Positions 50,206 to 63,025 of a DNA stretch of 64,000 bases are shown piece after piece. The stretch's first letter is position 1; the number at the start of each line of letters is the position of its first letter. Location of the stretch: the NCBI GenBank assembly GCA_030390025.1, contig CM059433.1, forward strand, positions 496,001-560,000, written 5' to 3'. A program made the translations under genes and the position numbers. The notes beneath the pieces are model-generated. The model was not told where the DNA came from and made no database searches. It was given only the letters and a program-made list of their open reading frames with translations. Origin of the DNA: Squalus acanthias (lineage: Eukaryota).

Positions 50206-50837
50206 GGGGGAAAATTGGGTTTGTTTGCGCCTCTCATTAGCACCCCTGGGGGGCGCTAACAGGGCGCAAATCCCCTAGCCATTGGACGCGGCGCCCGTAA
50301 CACCTCCCGCAAAATTCAGCGGGAGGTTAGCAGCGGCGGTAGCCGGTAGCGCCCCGCGGCGATGACTTCATCGCCGTGCGCAGCACCCCACTAGCGCCCT
50401 GGCCGCAAACTTCCCTTGCGCCCCCTGACCCTATCACCGGGCGATGTGTGCGACAGGATTGGGGCGGTTTGGCAGCGGCGCAAGTTAAAGGGCAGGTGTC
50501 GGGCGGCCATTTTTATTTTGGCCGACTGCCAGCACCTGCCCTCTTTTGCTTTTGTATGCGGGGTGCCGGCTGCGATAGCTCGCATTTTCATGGCACCCGG
50601 TGATCCGGCAGGGCCCGTGCAGTGCTAGGCCCCGCCCCTTTAATCAGGGGAGGAGGCCTGCAATGATGCGGTGCTATGTTACGCCGCAAAATTCGGTAGT
50701 AGCGCCCCAAGCAGGAGGTGGAGCGCTTTCCAGTAGCGCCCCACCTCCTGCTTGGGGCGCTACTACTGAATTTACAGCGGGCTGGCGCTATCTTTTTTGG
50801 GGCCCCAAAATGGGCGCCATGCAATCTTTTTTCCCTC
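50206..50837. mobile_element. GC-rich MITE (family M1, copy B), possible 3-bp TSD ATG
   Basis: atg|gggggaaaattgg ... caatcttttttccctc|atg; colinear with 1942-2587. Confidence 0.8.
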
Positions 50838-51334
50838 ATGATCTTTACAATTCCTATATTCGCTCCTTTTCAGAATAAAAGATTGCTGAGATTCTAATGC
50901 AGGTGATAAGATACCTGAGTAATAGCTTTCAATAGCCTTCTGAATGAAAGGCAAGTTGATATGATTTCTCCTTGCTCCTATTAAGCACATTGAGTTAATG
51001 AACTTCATGCTTTGGTGGTTTGCAGTATGTAGCCATAAGACAATGTAGTTTCTTTTGCCTAAAATTGTGTCTAAGTGAAAATTTCATCTGCAAATCCATG
51101 CGATTTTATGGATGTGCACGGATCTTTAGTGTTATGCATAAGTAGAGCAAAAGACTTTCACTAGTCTACATAAGTGTTTTTTTGTATTGGACCAAGACTT
51201 AGCTAAGCCTGCCGTTAAGCAGAGCACTGAATTGTAGAATGCATCTTGCTGTTATTTCCTTCTGGTCAGAAGCCCCAACGTCCAGTTAGTGTAGTGGTTT
51301 TTGAAGTTTCCTGTCCATACGCTCCTTAAAAAAA

Positions 51335-51382
51335 AACTGCACCAGCTTCTGAAAAACAACTGCACCAGCTTCTGAAAAACAA
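51335..51382. repeat. 23-bp tandem duplication
   Basis: aactgcaccagcttctgaaaaac twice. Confidence 0.9.
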
Positions 51383-52309
51383 TGTTAGTTATATGAAGGA
51401 AAACGTGGCAGAAAACATTTTATTAGTATAGAACAACATAAATAACATACTAGTAAGTCAGTATACACTGAATTGTATAGAAAGAGAATTCTCGCAACAT
51501 GAAGTGTGCCCAGCCCCAGAAAAACAGCTGATGACCTATTGGACACCCTGGCTTTGAAAATCTGAGAGTTAGAGGCAATTCTATTCATTCTATAGCTACT
51601 TAATTTGCTAATGTATAGAGGGTGTGTCTTGACACTATCTATATGTGATAACTACTTAGAATAAGTTACTAAGCACTGTTCTACACCCCACCACTTAGCA
51701 GGCGTGTTCGTGCGAACGTGATTTTCCCACTATATGCGATGGTTAGTATAACTCGGTAGTGTTAATAAAATTAAAAATCATTGTACGAATAGAACTGATG
51801 GATGGACAAAGTCTATACTAATACTTATTAACCTAAACATTTGCTGAAAAGTCTCAAACTCTTACCATTTCCAAAAAGTGGACAGAAAATAAGAGAAATA
51901 ACATTAACTGATTGAGACCTGTTCTCAATAAATTATCAATTAAGTTTTTAAAAGATTTCCTGTAAAAGATTATATGCAAGAATAACCAATTTATCAACTC
52001 TTAATATGTGCAGTAGTTTTATGCAAGCTTTTGCGGAGTCTTTGTGACTTACTGCTGGGTAATCTCGTAATCACTTTTAATGCTTTGAGCAATGTGTATG
52101 CCCATCATTAATTTAAAATTATATCGGCCATAATTTAAATGGGATGAAAATATTTTTTTTTCAAAAGAATATACTTTATTAAAGACTGCCAGAGGCTCTT
52201 TCATTACATTCAGTGCAAATGTGAGTAAACACAGCTGTTTCTGCCCTCAATAAATGGAGCACTTAAGACGCTATAACCATCAACTTTGAAATTGACATTA
52301 AAGCAAATG

Positions 52310-52945
52310 GAACATAGGAACATAAAACAGGAGTAGGCTATTCAGCCCCTCAAGCCTGTTCCGCCATTCAATTAGATCATGGCTGATCTGTATCTTAACA
52401 CCATCTACCCGCCTTGGTTCCGTAACCCTTAATTCCCTTGCCTAACAAAAATCTATCAGTATCAATTTTCACTTGACCTAGCCGCAACAGCTTTTTGCGG
52501 GGGAGAGAGTTCCAGACCTCCACTACCCTTTGTGTGATGAAGTGCTTCCTGACATCATCACTGAATGGCCTAGCTCTAATTTTAAGGTTATGCCCCCTTG
52601 TTCTGACTCCCCCACCAAAGGAAATAGTTTCTGTCTATCTATCCCATCAAATCCTTTAATCATCTTAAAAACCTCAATTAGATCACCCCTTAATCTTCTA
52701 TATTCAAGGGAATGCAAGCCTAGTCTGTGCAACCTGTCCTCATGATTTAAGCCTTTTAGCCCCAGTATCATTCTGGTGAATCTGCGCTGCCCCCCCCCTC
52801 CAAGGCCAATATATCCTTCCTGAGCTGCAGTATCTAGAATTCAATGCAGTGCTCCAGATGGGGTCTAACCAGAGCTCTGTACAGCTGTGACATCGCTTCC
52901 CCCTTTGTATTCCAGCCCCCTGAGATAAAGACCAACATTCCATTA
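52310..52945 (-). mobile_element. CR1 3' portion
   Basis: LGLHSLEYRRLRGDLIEVFK; aacataggaacata tail. Confidence 0.9.
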
Positions 52946-53018
52946 TCCTTTAAAATTATTTTTTGTACTTTTTTTTGGCTGATATAAACAACTGCCTGTT
53001 TTAAATGTGGACATTTTA

Positions 53019-53086
53019 AGTGGTGGGGACTGTCTCTTGATTTGACTGTTTAGTGGTGGGGACTGTATCTTGATTTGACTGTTTAG
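53019..53086. repeat. 33-bp tandem duplication
   Basis: agtggtggggactgt(c/a)tcttgatttgactgttt twice. Confidence 0.9.
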
Positions 53087-54485
53087 GCTGATGACCACTT
53101 CAACTTGGTTGTACGTCCACGTTGGCCTTAACACTAAGTTCCCACTTCCAATTTTTGCATTACTTTGGTATTCATTTGTATTTGGAGGGTGAATGAAGAA
53201 TAATATTTGATTCCCTGCTGTGGTCCTCCTTTGATTTGTTATAAAACCCCAACACACACAGCACTCACCTGGCCTGCCTCTTTGTTCTCTTTCTGATCTG
53301 TACAATATGGAATTTTGTGATCGCTTTTGCATGTATGCTTATATTCTGTCATCATTCTTACTGGTTCTCAGCTGCCACCTTCAGTCAAAAAACACAAGGT
53401 ATGGCTCAGAATTGGGACTTATATGTAAAAAGGGAATAGAAGCTAAATGAGATGGCTTTATATGGTGCATAAGTCTTAGGACGCTACCGTTACAATTAAT
53501 CAATGGTTACATTGGTGACGAGTTTCTGAAAATGTTTTACAATAATGTATAATGTATAAAATAATTTGAGATTCCCAGGTGTACAAAATTGTAAAAATTC
53601 ATATGCAATGAGCATTGCTTTTAAAATAATTTTTGAGGCTGATTTTCCAAGTACACACTGCAAGCGAGGAGCTACTCCCATTGGCCACGCATGTCAGGAA
53701 GTCGTGGATGCACTGCCTGCGAGTTTCCGTCCATTGCTTTCATTGGAGAGATAATCGCAGGCAGTACGTCAGCAGCATGTACTTGGAAAATCGGCCTTCT
53801 TGGTTCAGACTTCACTGTTGTGAGACAGCTGAACATTTTGGGGCCCTTGTGCATGCTGTCCTGTCATGGGGTTTGTGTGTATATTATAACATCCTGTAGA
53901 TGTCACTGTTTGACTGTTTTAGCTGCACAACTTCATAAAATGTAATTCCACCAGAACAAGTAATTCCATTTGTGAATAAATGTCTGAAATGTTGGTCTGT
54001 GGCTGCTACAGAGGAAGTCTGCTGAGTAACCTTGATGTGCTGCAAAAAAAAATGCTGCTCAATGTTCACTTTCATGTATTTATTTAGCTTTATGCACTTT
54101 CCCTGACGAGCTGAATTTGAAATAATGTGGCTTTTGTACCCAAGTGCATTCTTCAATTATGAGTACATTAACTTCTGTTTGGCATGGCCTGTCTTTTTAG
54201 TGATTAATGATCAGTTCAATACTGACGATTCATTTAGATTTTTAAAAAATATTTAGGGCAGAAGCATGTCATTATTGTTGCATAGTCTAAGTGTTTTTTG
54301 CATTAATGTATTTTCAGTAATGAAAGCCTAAGAAAATTAAATAACTATATAGTAGAAAATGTTTTAAAATGTCATGTATTTTGAGTTTCAGTGGTATTAT
54401 TCTGGCTTTTAACCCTTCTGTGTATCAATAGGACAAGTGATTTGGCGTGGCAAAATTGGCAAAAATCATGGGCCATTTTGGGGGA

Positions 54486-54856
54486 AATAACTTTCAGGGT
54501 GGGCAGTTGTGGATGCTATTTGTCCTGCAGACGCATTCAGCCGTTCCCTTCATCCGCACTTCAATTTTAAACAGCAGCGTGTTTTAAAGTGTTCTGCCTC
54601 TCTCACAGGAAGTTTCCAGCTGGTTACTGTAACAGCTGTTGATGCAGTAGGCAAGCAAAGCTCAACACACCGTTTAGAGTTTGAATTCAAGTGTCGGTAA
54701 GCACAGTACGTGCTGACTGTACAAACAACTGTTACAGTAACCAGATGGAAACTATTTTCACTCTTGGGTGAACTGAGAGAGACAATACCAGCACTTTAAG
54801 ACAGACTCCTGATTAACATATCAGTGAACAGAGAAGCTGGCAGGAAAAGTTATTCC
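54486..54856. repeat. Old foldback/inverted-repeat element
   Basis: 54611-54640 and 54724-54753 are 28/30 reverse complements; weaker outer complementary blocks. Confidence 0.65.
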
Positions 54857-57014
54857 ATCAGGTGAAAATTGCAGGATTTGTCAATCAACAACTTGCACGC
54901 CTTACGTGCCAGTGCTGCTATTTCTTTAGTTATTTAGAATCATAGAATGATACAGCACAGAAGGGTACGGTAGCAAAGTGGTTTTGTTACTGGACGAGTA
55001 ATCCAGAGGCCTGACCTGGAGACATGAATTCAAATCCCACCATGGCAGCTGGGGAATTTAAATTAAATAAATCTGGAATAAAAGCTAGTATCAGTAACGG
55101 TGACCATGAAACTATCGGATTGTCGTAAAAACCCACCTGGTTCACTAATGTCCTTTAGGGAAGGAAATCTGCCGTCATTACCTGGTCTGGCCTATATGTG
55201 ACTCCAGACCCACAGCAATGTGGTTAACTCTTAACTGCCCTCTGAAATGGAATGGCCTAGCAAGCCATTCAGTTGTAAAAAACCGCTACGAAAACCGGAC
55301 GGACCACCCGGCATTGACCTCTGCACCGCCTACGGACATTACAACGGCACACCCAGCCCAGTCGACCAAGTCCTCACTAACATCTGGGGACTTGTGCCAA
55401 AATTGGGAAGCGTTTGCAACCATCCTCAGCCAGAAGTGCCGAGTGGATGATCCATATCGGCCTCCTCCTGAAGTCCCCACCATAACTGAAGCCAATCTTC
55501 AGCCAATTCGATTCACTCCACGTAATATCAAGAAACGGCTGAGCGCACTGGCTACAACAAAGGCTTTGGGCCCCTTCAATATCCCAGCTATCGTACTGAA
55601 GACTTGTGCTCCAGAACTAGCCACACCTCTAGCCAAGCTGTTCCAGTACAGTACAACACTGGCATCTACCTGACAATATGGAAAACTGCCCAGATATGCC
55701 CTGTCCACAAAAAGCAGGACAAATCCAATCCGGCCAATTACCGCCCCATCAATCTACTCTCAGTCATCAGCAAAGTGATGGAAGGTGTCGACGGTGCTAT
55801 TAAGCAGCACTTGCTCACCAACAACCTTCTCACCGATGTTCAGTTTGGGTTCCGCCAGGACCACTCGGCTCCAGACCTCATTACAGCCTTGATCCAAACA
55901 TGGACAAAGGAGCTGAATTCCAGAGGTGAGGTGAGAGTGACTGCCCTTGACATCAAGGCAGCATTTGACCGAGTGTGGCATCAAGGAGCCCTAGTAAAAT
56001 TGAAATCACTGGGAATCGGGGAGAAAACTCTCCACTGGCTGGAGTCATGCCTAACACAAAGGAAGATGGTTGTGGTGGTTGAAGGTCAGTCATCACAGCC
56101 CCAGGACATCACTGCAGGTGTTCCTCAGGGCAGTGTCCAAGGCCCAGCCATCTTCAGCTGCTTCATCAATGACCTTCCCTCCATCGTAAGGTCAGAAGTA
56201 GAGATGACTGCACAGTGTTCAGTTCCATTTGCAATTCCTCATAATGATGCCGTCCATGCCCGCATGCAGCAAGACCTGGACGACATTCAGGCTTGGACTG
56301 ATAAGTGGCAAGTAACATTTGCGCCACACAAGTGCTAGGCAATAACTATCTTCAACAAGTAAGAGTCTAACCACTGCCCCTTGACATTCAACGGCATTAT
56401 CATTACCGAATCACCCACCATCAACATCCTGGGGGGTCACCATTGACCAGAGACTTAACTGAACCAGCCACATAAATACTGTGTCAACAAGAGCAGGTCA
56501 GAGGCTGGGTATTCTGTGGCGAGTGTCTCACCTCCTTACTCCCCAAAGCCGTTCCACCATCTACAAGGCACAAATCAGGAGTGTGATGGAATACACTCAA
56601 GAAACCGGACACCATCCAGGACAAAGCAGCCCGCTTGATTGGCACCCCATCCACCACCTTAAACATTCACTCCCTCTACCACCGGCGTACCGTGGCTGCA
56701 GTGTGTACCAGTTACAAGATGCACTGCAGTAACTCGCCAAGGCTTCTTTGGCAACACCTCCCAAACCCGCGAACTCCACCACCTAGAAGGACAAGGGCAG
56801 CAGGCGCATGGGAACACCATCACCTGCAAGTTCCCTTCCAAGTCACACACGATCCTGACTTGGAAATATATCGCCATTCCTTCATCGTCGCTGGGTCAAA
56901 CTCCCAGAACTCCTTCCTTAACAGCACTTTGGGAGTACCTTCACCACACGGACTGCAGCGGTTCAAGAAGGTGGCTCACCACCACCTTCTCAAGGGCAAT
57001 TAGGAATGGGTAAT

Positions 57015-60000
57015 AACATAGAAACATCGAAAAATAGGAGCAGGAGTAGGCCATTCGGCCCTTCGAGCCTGCTCCGCCATTCAATATGATCATGGCTGAT
57101 CCTCTATCTATCCCGCTCTCTCCCCATACCCCTTGACACCTTTTGTGCCGAGAAATCTATCTATCTCCTTCTTAAATATATTCAGTGACTTGGCCTCCAC
57201 AGCCTTCTGTGGTAGAGAATTCCACAGGTTTACCACCCTCTGAGTGAAGAAATTTCTCCTCATCTCAGTCCTAAATGTCCTACCTCGTATCCTGAAACTG
57301 TGACCCCTCGTTCTAGACCCCCCAGCCAGGGGAAACATCCTCCCTGCATCCAGTCTGTCTAGCCCTGTCAGAATTTTATACATTTCAATGAGATCCCCTC
57401 TCATTCTTCTATACTCTAGTGAATACAGGCCTAGTCGACCCAATCTCTCCTCATACGACAGTCCTGCCATCCCAGGAATCAGTCTGGTAAACCTTCGCTG
57501 CACTCCCTCTATGGCAAGTATATCCTTTCTTAGGTAAGGAGACCAAAACTGCACACAGTACTCCAGGTGTGGTCTCACCAAGGCCCTGTGTAACTGTAGT
57601 AAGACATCCTTGCTCCTGTACTCAAATCCTCTTGCAATGAAGGCCAACATACCATTTGCCTTCCTAACTACTTGCTGCACCTGCATGTTTGCTTTTAGTG
57701 ACTGGTGTACAAGGACACCCAGGTCCCTTTGTACATCAACATTTCCCAATCTATCACCATTTAAACAATACTCTGCCTTTCTGTTTTTCCTACCGAAGTG
57801 GATAACTTCAAATTTATCCACGTTATACTGCACCTGCCATGTATTTGCCCACTCACTCAACTTGTCTAAATCGCCTTGAAACCTCTTTGCATTCTCCTCA
57901 CAACCCCACCTAGTTTCGTGTCGTCAGCAAACTTGGAAATATTACATTTGGTTCCCTCATCCAAATCATTGATATATATTATGAATAGCTGGGGCCCAAG
58001 CACTGATCCCTGCGGTACCCCACTACTAGTCACCGCCTGCCGCCCCGAAAAAGACCCATTTATTCCTACTCTCTGTGTCCTGTCTGTTAACCAATTTTCA
58101 ATCCATGCCAGTATATTACCCCCAATCCCATGTGCTTTAATTTTGCACACTAACCTCTTATGTGGGACTTTATCAAAGGCCTTCTGAAAATCCAAATACA
58201 CCACATCCACTGGTTCTCCCTTATCTATTCTACCAGTTACATTCTCAAAAAACTCCAGTAGGTTTGTCAAACACGATTTCCCTTTCATAAATCCATGTTG
58301 ACTTTGTCTAATCCCATTGATATTTTCTAAGTGTCCTGTTATCACATCCTTTATAATAGACTCTAGCATTTTCCCTACTACTGATAGGCTAACCGGTCTG
58401 TAGTTCCCTGTTTTCTCTCACCCTCCTTTTTTAAATAGTGGGGTTACATTTGCCACCCTCTAATCTGTAGGAACTGTTCCATAATCTATAGAATTTTGGA
58501 AGATGATACCCAATGCATCCACTATTTCCATGGCTACCTCTTTTAGTACTCTGGGATGCAGATTATCAGGCCCTGGGGATTTATCGGCTTTCAGTCCCAT
58601 TAATTTTTCCAGCACTATTTTTTTACTAATACTAATTTCCTTTAATTCCCCCCTTCTCACTAGACCCTTGGTTCCCTAGCATTTCTGGAAGTTATTTGTG
58701 TCCTCTTCCGTGAAGACAGAACCAAAGTATTTGTTTAATTGCTCTGCCATTTCCTTGTTCCCCATTATAAATTCTCCCGTTTCTGACTAAGGGACCTACA
58801 TTTGTCTTCACTAATCTTTTTCTTTTTACATACTTATAGAAGCTTTTACAGTCCGCTTTTATGTTCCTTGCAAGTTTACTCTCATACTCTATTTTTCCCC
58901 TCTTGATCAATCTCTTGGTCTTTTTTTGCTGAACTCTAAACTGCTCCCAATCCTCAGGCTTGCTACTTTTTCTGGCAACTTTATATGACTCCTCTTTGGA
59001 TCTAATACTATCCTTAATTTCTTTTGTTAGCCATGGTTGGGCCACTTTTCCTTTTGAGTTTTTGCGCCAGAAAAGAATGTATAACTGTTGCAATTCATGC
59101 ATTCGTTCCTTAAATGTTAGCCATTGCCTATCCACCGTCATGCCTTTTAATGAAGCTCCCTAATCTATCATAGCCAACTCCCTCCTCATACCTTTGTCGT
59201 TTCCTTTGTTTAGATTTAGGACCTTAGTTTCAGATTGGACTACTTCACTTTCCATCTTAATGAAGAATTCTATCATGTTATGGTCACTCTTCCCTGAAGG
59301 ACCCCGCACAACAAGATTATTAATTAGCCCCTTCTCATTGCACAATACCCAATCTAGGATAGCCTGTTCCCTAGTTGGCTCCTCAACGTACTGGTCTACA
59401 AAACCATCTCGTAGACACTCCAGGAATTCATCCTCCACAGTATTATTGCTAATTTGGTTTGGCCAATCTATATGTAGATTAAAGTCTCCCATGATTACTG
59501 TAGTACCCTTGTTACATGCATCTCTAATTTCCTGTTTGATGCCGTCCCCTACATTACCACTACTGTTTGGAGGCCTATAGACAACTCCCACCAATGTTTT
59601 CTGCCCCTTGGTGCTTCTTAGCTCCACCCAGACTGATTCTACATCTTGATTTTCTGAGCCAATATCCTTTCTCACTATTGCTCTGATTTCATCCTTTACT
59701 AACACCACCCCACCTCCTTTTCCTTTTTCCTGTCCTTCCTAAATATCGAATATCCTTGGATATTCAGCTCCCAGCCTTGGTCACCCTGCAGCCATGTCTC
59801 CGTAATCACAATTATATCGTACCCGTTTTCATCTATTTACGCTGTTAATTTGTCTACATTATTACGAATGCTTCGTACATTCAGAGACAGTGCCTTAAAA
59901 TTTGTCTTTTTAACATTTTTAGACATCTCAACATTTTTTTGTACTATGGCCCAATTTGTCTTCCCATTTTTTCTTCCACGGACCCTATTTGTTAGTACAC

Positions 60001-60948
60001 TCTTTTGTTTGTACGCTCTGTCCCTTCCTGACACAATCTGGTTATCCTTACCCCAATCACTTTCTTGCACTGCTTCCTTGTCTTTTCTTTTTAGCATTCT
60101 AGATTTCTCTCCACCGGGACCCTCCCCCCGCCCCCCCCCCCACCCCCTTATTTAGTTTAAAGCCCTATCTTCCTCCCTAGTTATTCGATTCGCTAGAACT
60201 CTGGTCCCAGCATGGTTCAGGTGTAGTCCGTCCCAACGGAACAGCTCTCTCTTTCCCCAGTACTGGTGCCAGTGCCCCACGAATCGAAACCCACTTCTCC
60301 CACACCAATCTTTGTGCCACGCATTCATCTCCCTGATCCTACTGACCCGATGCCAATTTGCTCGTGGCTCCGGTAATAATCCAGAGATTATGACCTTTGT
60401 GGTTCTGCTTTTTAATTTAGTCCCTAGCTGCTCAAACTCTCTCAGCAGAACCTCTTTCTTAGTCCTACCTATGTCATTGGTAACTACGTGGACCACGACA
60501 ACTGGATGCTCTCCCTCCCACTCCAATTTCATCTCCAGCCCGGAGGAGATGTCCTTTACCCTGGCACCAGATAGGCAACATAGCCTTCGGGACTCACGCT
60601 TCTGGCTGCAGAGAACAGTGTCTATCCCCCTAACTATACTGTCGCCTACTACAACCACCTTCCTTTTTACTCCCCCCACTTGAACGGCTTCCTGTACCAC
60701 GGTGCTGTGGTCAGTTTGCTCGTCCTCCCCGCCGTCCCCGCACTTGTCCACAAGGGTTGCAAGAACCTCGAATCTATTGGACAAGTGCAGGGACTGAGGC
60801 TCCTGCAATACTATCTCCTGGATCCCCATACCTGCCTCACTCACAGTCACACCCTCCTGTCCCTGACCACGTGTCAATTCTAAAGTATTTAATCTAAGGG
60901 GTGTGGCTGCCTCCTGGAGCAAAAGGTCCAGGTAACTTTCTCCCTCCC
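57015..60948 (-). mobile_element. Near full-length CR1 (partial ORF1 + frameshifted ORF2)
   Basis: ORF2 pieces 57108-60097 with EN (NVRSI, VYRPP, GDFN, SDH) and RT motifs; ORF1 upstream. Confidence 0.97.
60152..60948 (-). pseudogene. CR1 ORF1p, SGNH esterase domain (5'-truncated)
   Basis: VVGDSIVR, GARV, VVHVVTND, DGLH blocks in an uninterrupted frame. Confidence 0.92.
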
Positions 60949-61079
60949 TGGCCTTGCCAGCGGCGCCCACATCCCATGAATGAATAAAATAAAAGGAGGT
61001 CGTTCGGCCCATCGTGCCTGTGCAGGCCAAGCTGTACACTGCAGAAGCGATATTCCTGCTGGATTCAGTTTCTTTCTCC

Positions 61080-61485
61080 TCCTGCCCCGCCCCCCAAAAG
61101 CAACATTAAATTCTTGGATATGGTTTCACGGGCGACGATAACCCTCTGGTACCTTGTAAAAATGGTTATTCTTGATGCACAAGACTAAATGGTGGGTGTT
61201 GGCAAGCTAATTGACCATAAAGAACATCAAAGCCAAGTGTTTAATTCTGTCCTCGCCCAACATCCACGTATTCAGATTCTCCAGCCTTCATACTGGATAG
61301 CGATCAAGCACAGGAACCATGGCTGATTTCCTCAACTCTTTTCCCCCAGCCAATGGCAGTGCCTAACCAGTGCCCCAGCCCATGTCACCTAACTCTCCAC
61401 AGTCCAAGAATTTAACCTTGCCCTTTACTTATCCGTATGACTCAGTACCACACATGATGCATTTACCCACTGTGCTGTTAGGGGT
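61080..61485 (-). mobile_element. AmnSINE2-like SINE, degraded
   Basis: tgtcctcgcccaacatccac...actggatagcgatcaagcacaggaaccatggctgattt...gtatgactcagtaccacac. Confidence 0.6.
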
Positions 61486-62315
61486 GGGAAGGGGCCATCA
61501 AGTTAATTGTTGTCTGAAGTTTCCTGTGTCAAGGGTACAGTGCTGTGCTGAAAAGTCTGTCATACATTCATAACCAAATAAGAATTAAGGTCTATTCTCC
61601 AAGCCTGGCATACATATTTAAAAAGAGATTCGCAAGTAAGTTAGTGCTGGCTAGCCACTAGATAATCAGTCGTTAACTAATAATACTGTAGTGTGGAGTA
61701 ACCCTCTTGTTTTAAGTTTAAATCTGAATTAAAGCAAAAGAGTACTTGAAAACTAATTTGATCTTATTTTTCCTGAATTACAAGATGAGCTGTAGCATAT
61801 GAGTGCCCACGCTTTTTGCCTTTGTGTGCTATTTAGTTGTGTCCCCTGGACCCTTGCGAGACACATAGAAAGTTTAAATCAACGTTCCCATTAATTTCCA
61901 AATGTCGGAAGCTGCGGGTAATAACAGATCTTTAAAAGGTCTGGGCTCAGCAAATTCAAACAGGCCAAGCCAGCAAGTAAGAAATAGAGAGAAGTGCAAA
62001 TGGGACCAAGTTATCTGAACCTTGTGCACTGGATTGCCAGGGCTCACAGACTGGATATGGTCCACAGCCCACAGGCTATATTTCTTGGCATCAATGTTGA
62101 AGTTGAGAATCCATGTGTCTGAATTGTTCTTTTCCCCAATCCTCCATAGTAGAGATTGAAGTTGAATAACCAGCATCCCTGATGGCGAGTGGATAACTAG
62201 GCAGACTGGCCAGGAATGTCCCACGTTTGCTGCATGTTCTGTGCCAGTTTAGTTGATCGCAGCTGGGGAGAAGTAGTGACACTACATTTGGCATCAGCAC
62301 CTCTGGGCTAATGAA

Positions 62316-62703
62316 GTTTTTTATAAATTAATTCACAGGATGTGGGCGTCGTTGGAAAGGCCAGCATTTATTGCCCATCCCTAATTGCCCTTGAGAAGGG
62401 GGTGGTGAGCCACCACCTTGAACTCCTGCAGCCCGTGTGGTGAAGGTACTCCCATGCTTTTAGGGAGAGAGATCCAGGATTTTGACCCAGCGACGATGAA
62501 GGATAGGTGATATATTTGCAAATCAGAATAGTGAGTGACTTGGAGGGGAACTTGGAGGTGGTGGTGTTCCCATGCGCCTGTTGCCCTTGTCTTGCTAGAT
62601 GGTAGAGGTCGCAGGTTTGGGAGGTGCTGTCGAAGAAACCTTGGCGAGTTTCTGCAGTGCATCTTGTAGATGGTACACACTGCAGACACGGTGCAGTGGT
62701 GGT
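62316..62703 (-). mobile_element. LINE family B 3' fragment
   Basis: Homologous to about 29490-29850 and 56680-57010. Confidence 0.9.
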
Positions 62704-63025
62704 GAAAAATCAGCCAGAGTTCTCGCACATGATTAGCATCCAGTGACCCTCTTGCTGAAAAATGCTTGTATGCAACTACTAGGTGGGGCCAGGATCAGGC
62801 GCTCCTAGGGCCCTCCTTCCTCATGATTCTCCCTAAACCCCTCCGCCTCTCTACCTCTCTCTCCTCCTTTAAGTCGCTCCTTAAAACCTACTTGACAAAG
62901 TTTTTGGTCGCCTGCCCATATATCTCCTTATGTGCCACGAACGATGTCAAATTTTGTTTGATAACGCTCCTGTGAAGCGTCTTGGGATGTTTAGCTGAGT
63001 TAAAGGCGCTTTCTATATAAATGCA

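Larger units (their letters stand above)
54965..60992 (+). mobile_element. LINE family B with tRNA-like head and internal deletion; tail interrupted by a CR1
   Basis: A box 54971-54981; EN start LTNIWGL; RT 55604-56338 (LDIKAAFDRVWH, GVPQGS); 3' UTR breaks at about 57015 and resumes at 60948-60992; aagg on both flanks. Confidence 0.88.

Noticed and set aside
51335..53086. Short direct repeats as a CRISPR-like array
   Set aside because: Only two-unit tandem duplications without spacers, in eukaryotic DNA.
54965..55045. tRNA gene
   Set aside because: A/B-box-like motifs only; no convincing cloverleaf; continuous with the retroelement.
60949..61039. N-terminus of the 295-aa ORF as true start of ORF1
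   Set aside because: It is antisense read-through of the LINE-B tail and a CR1 tail; the CR1 ends at about 60948.
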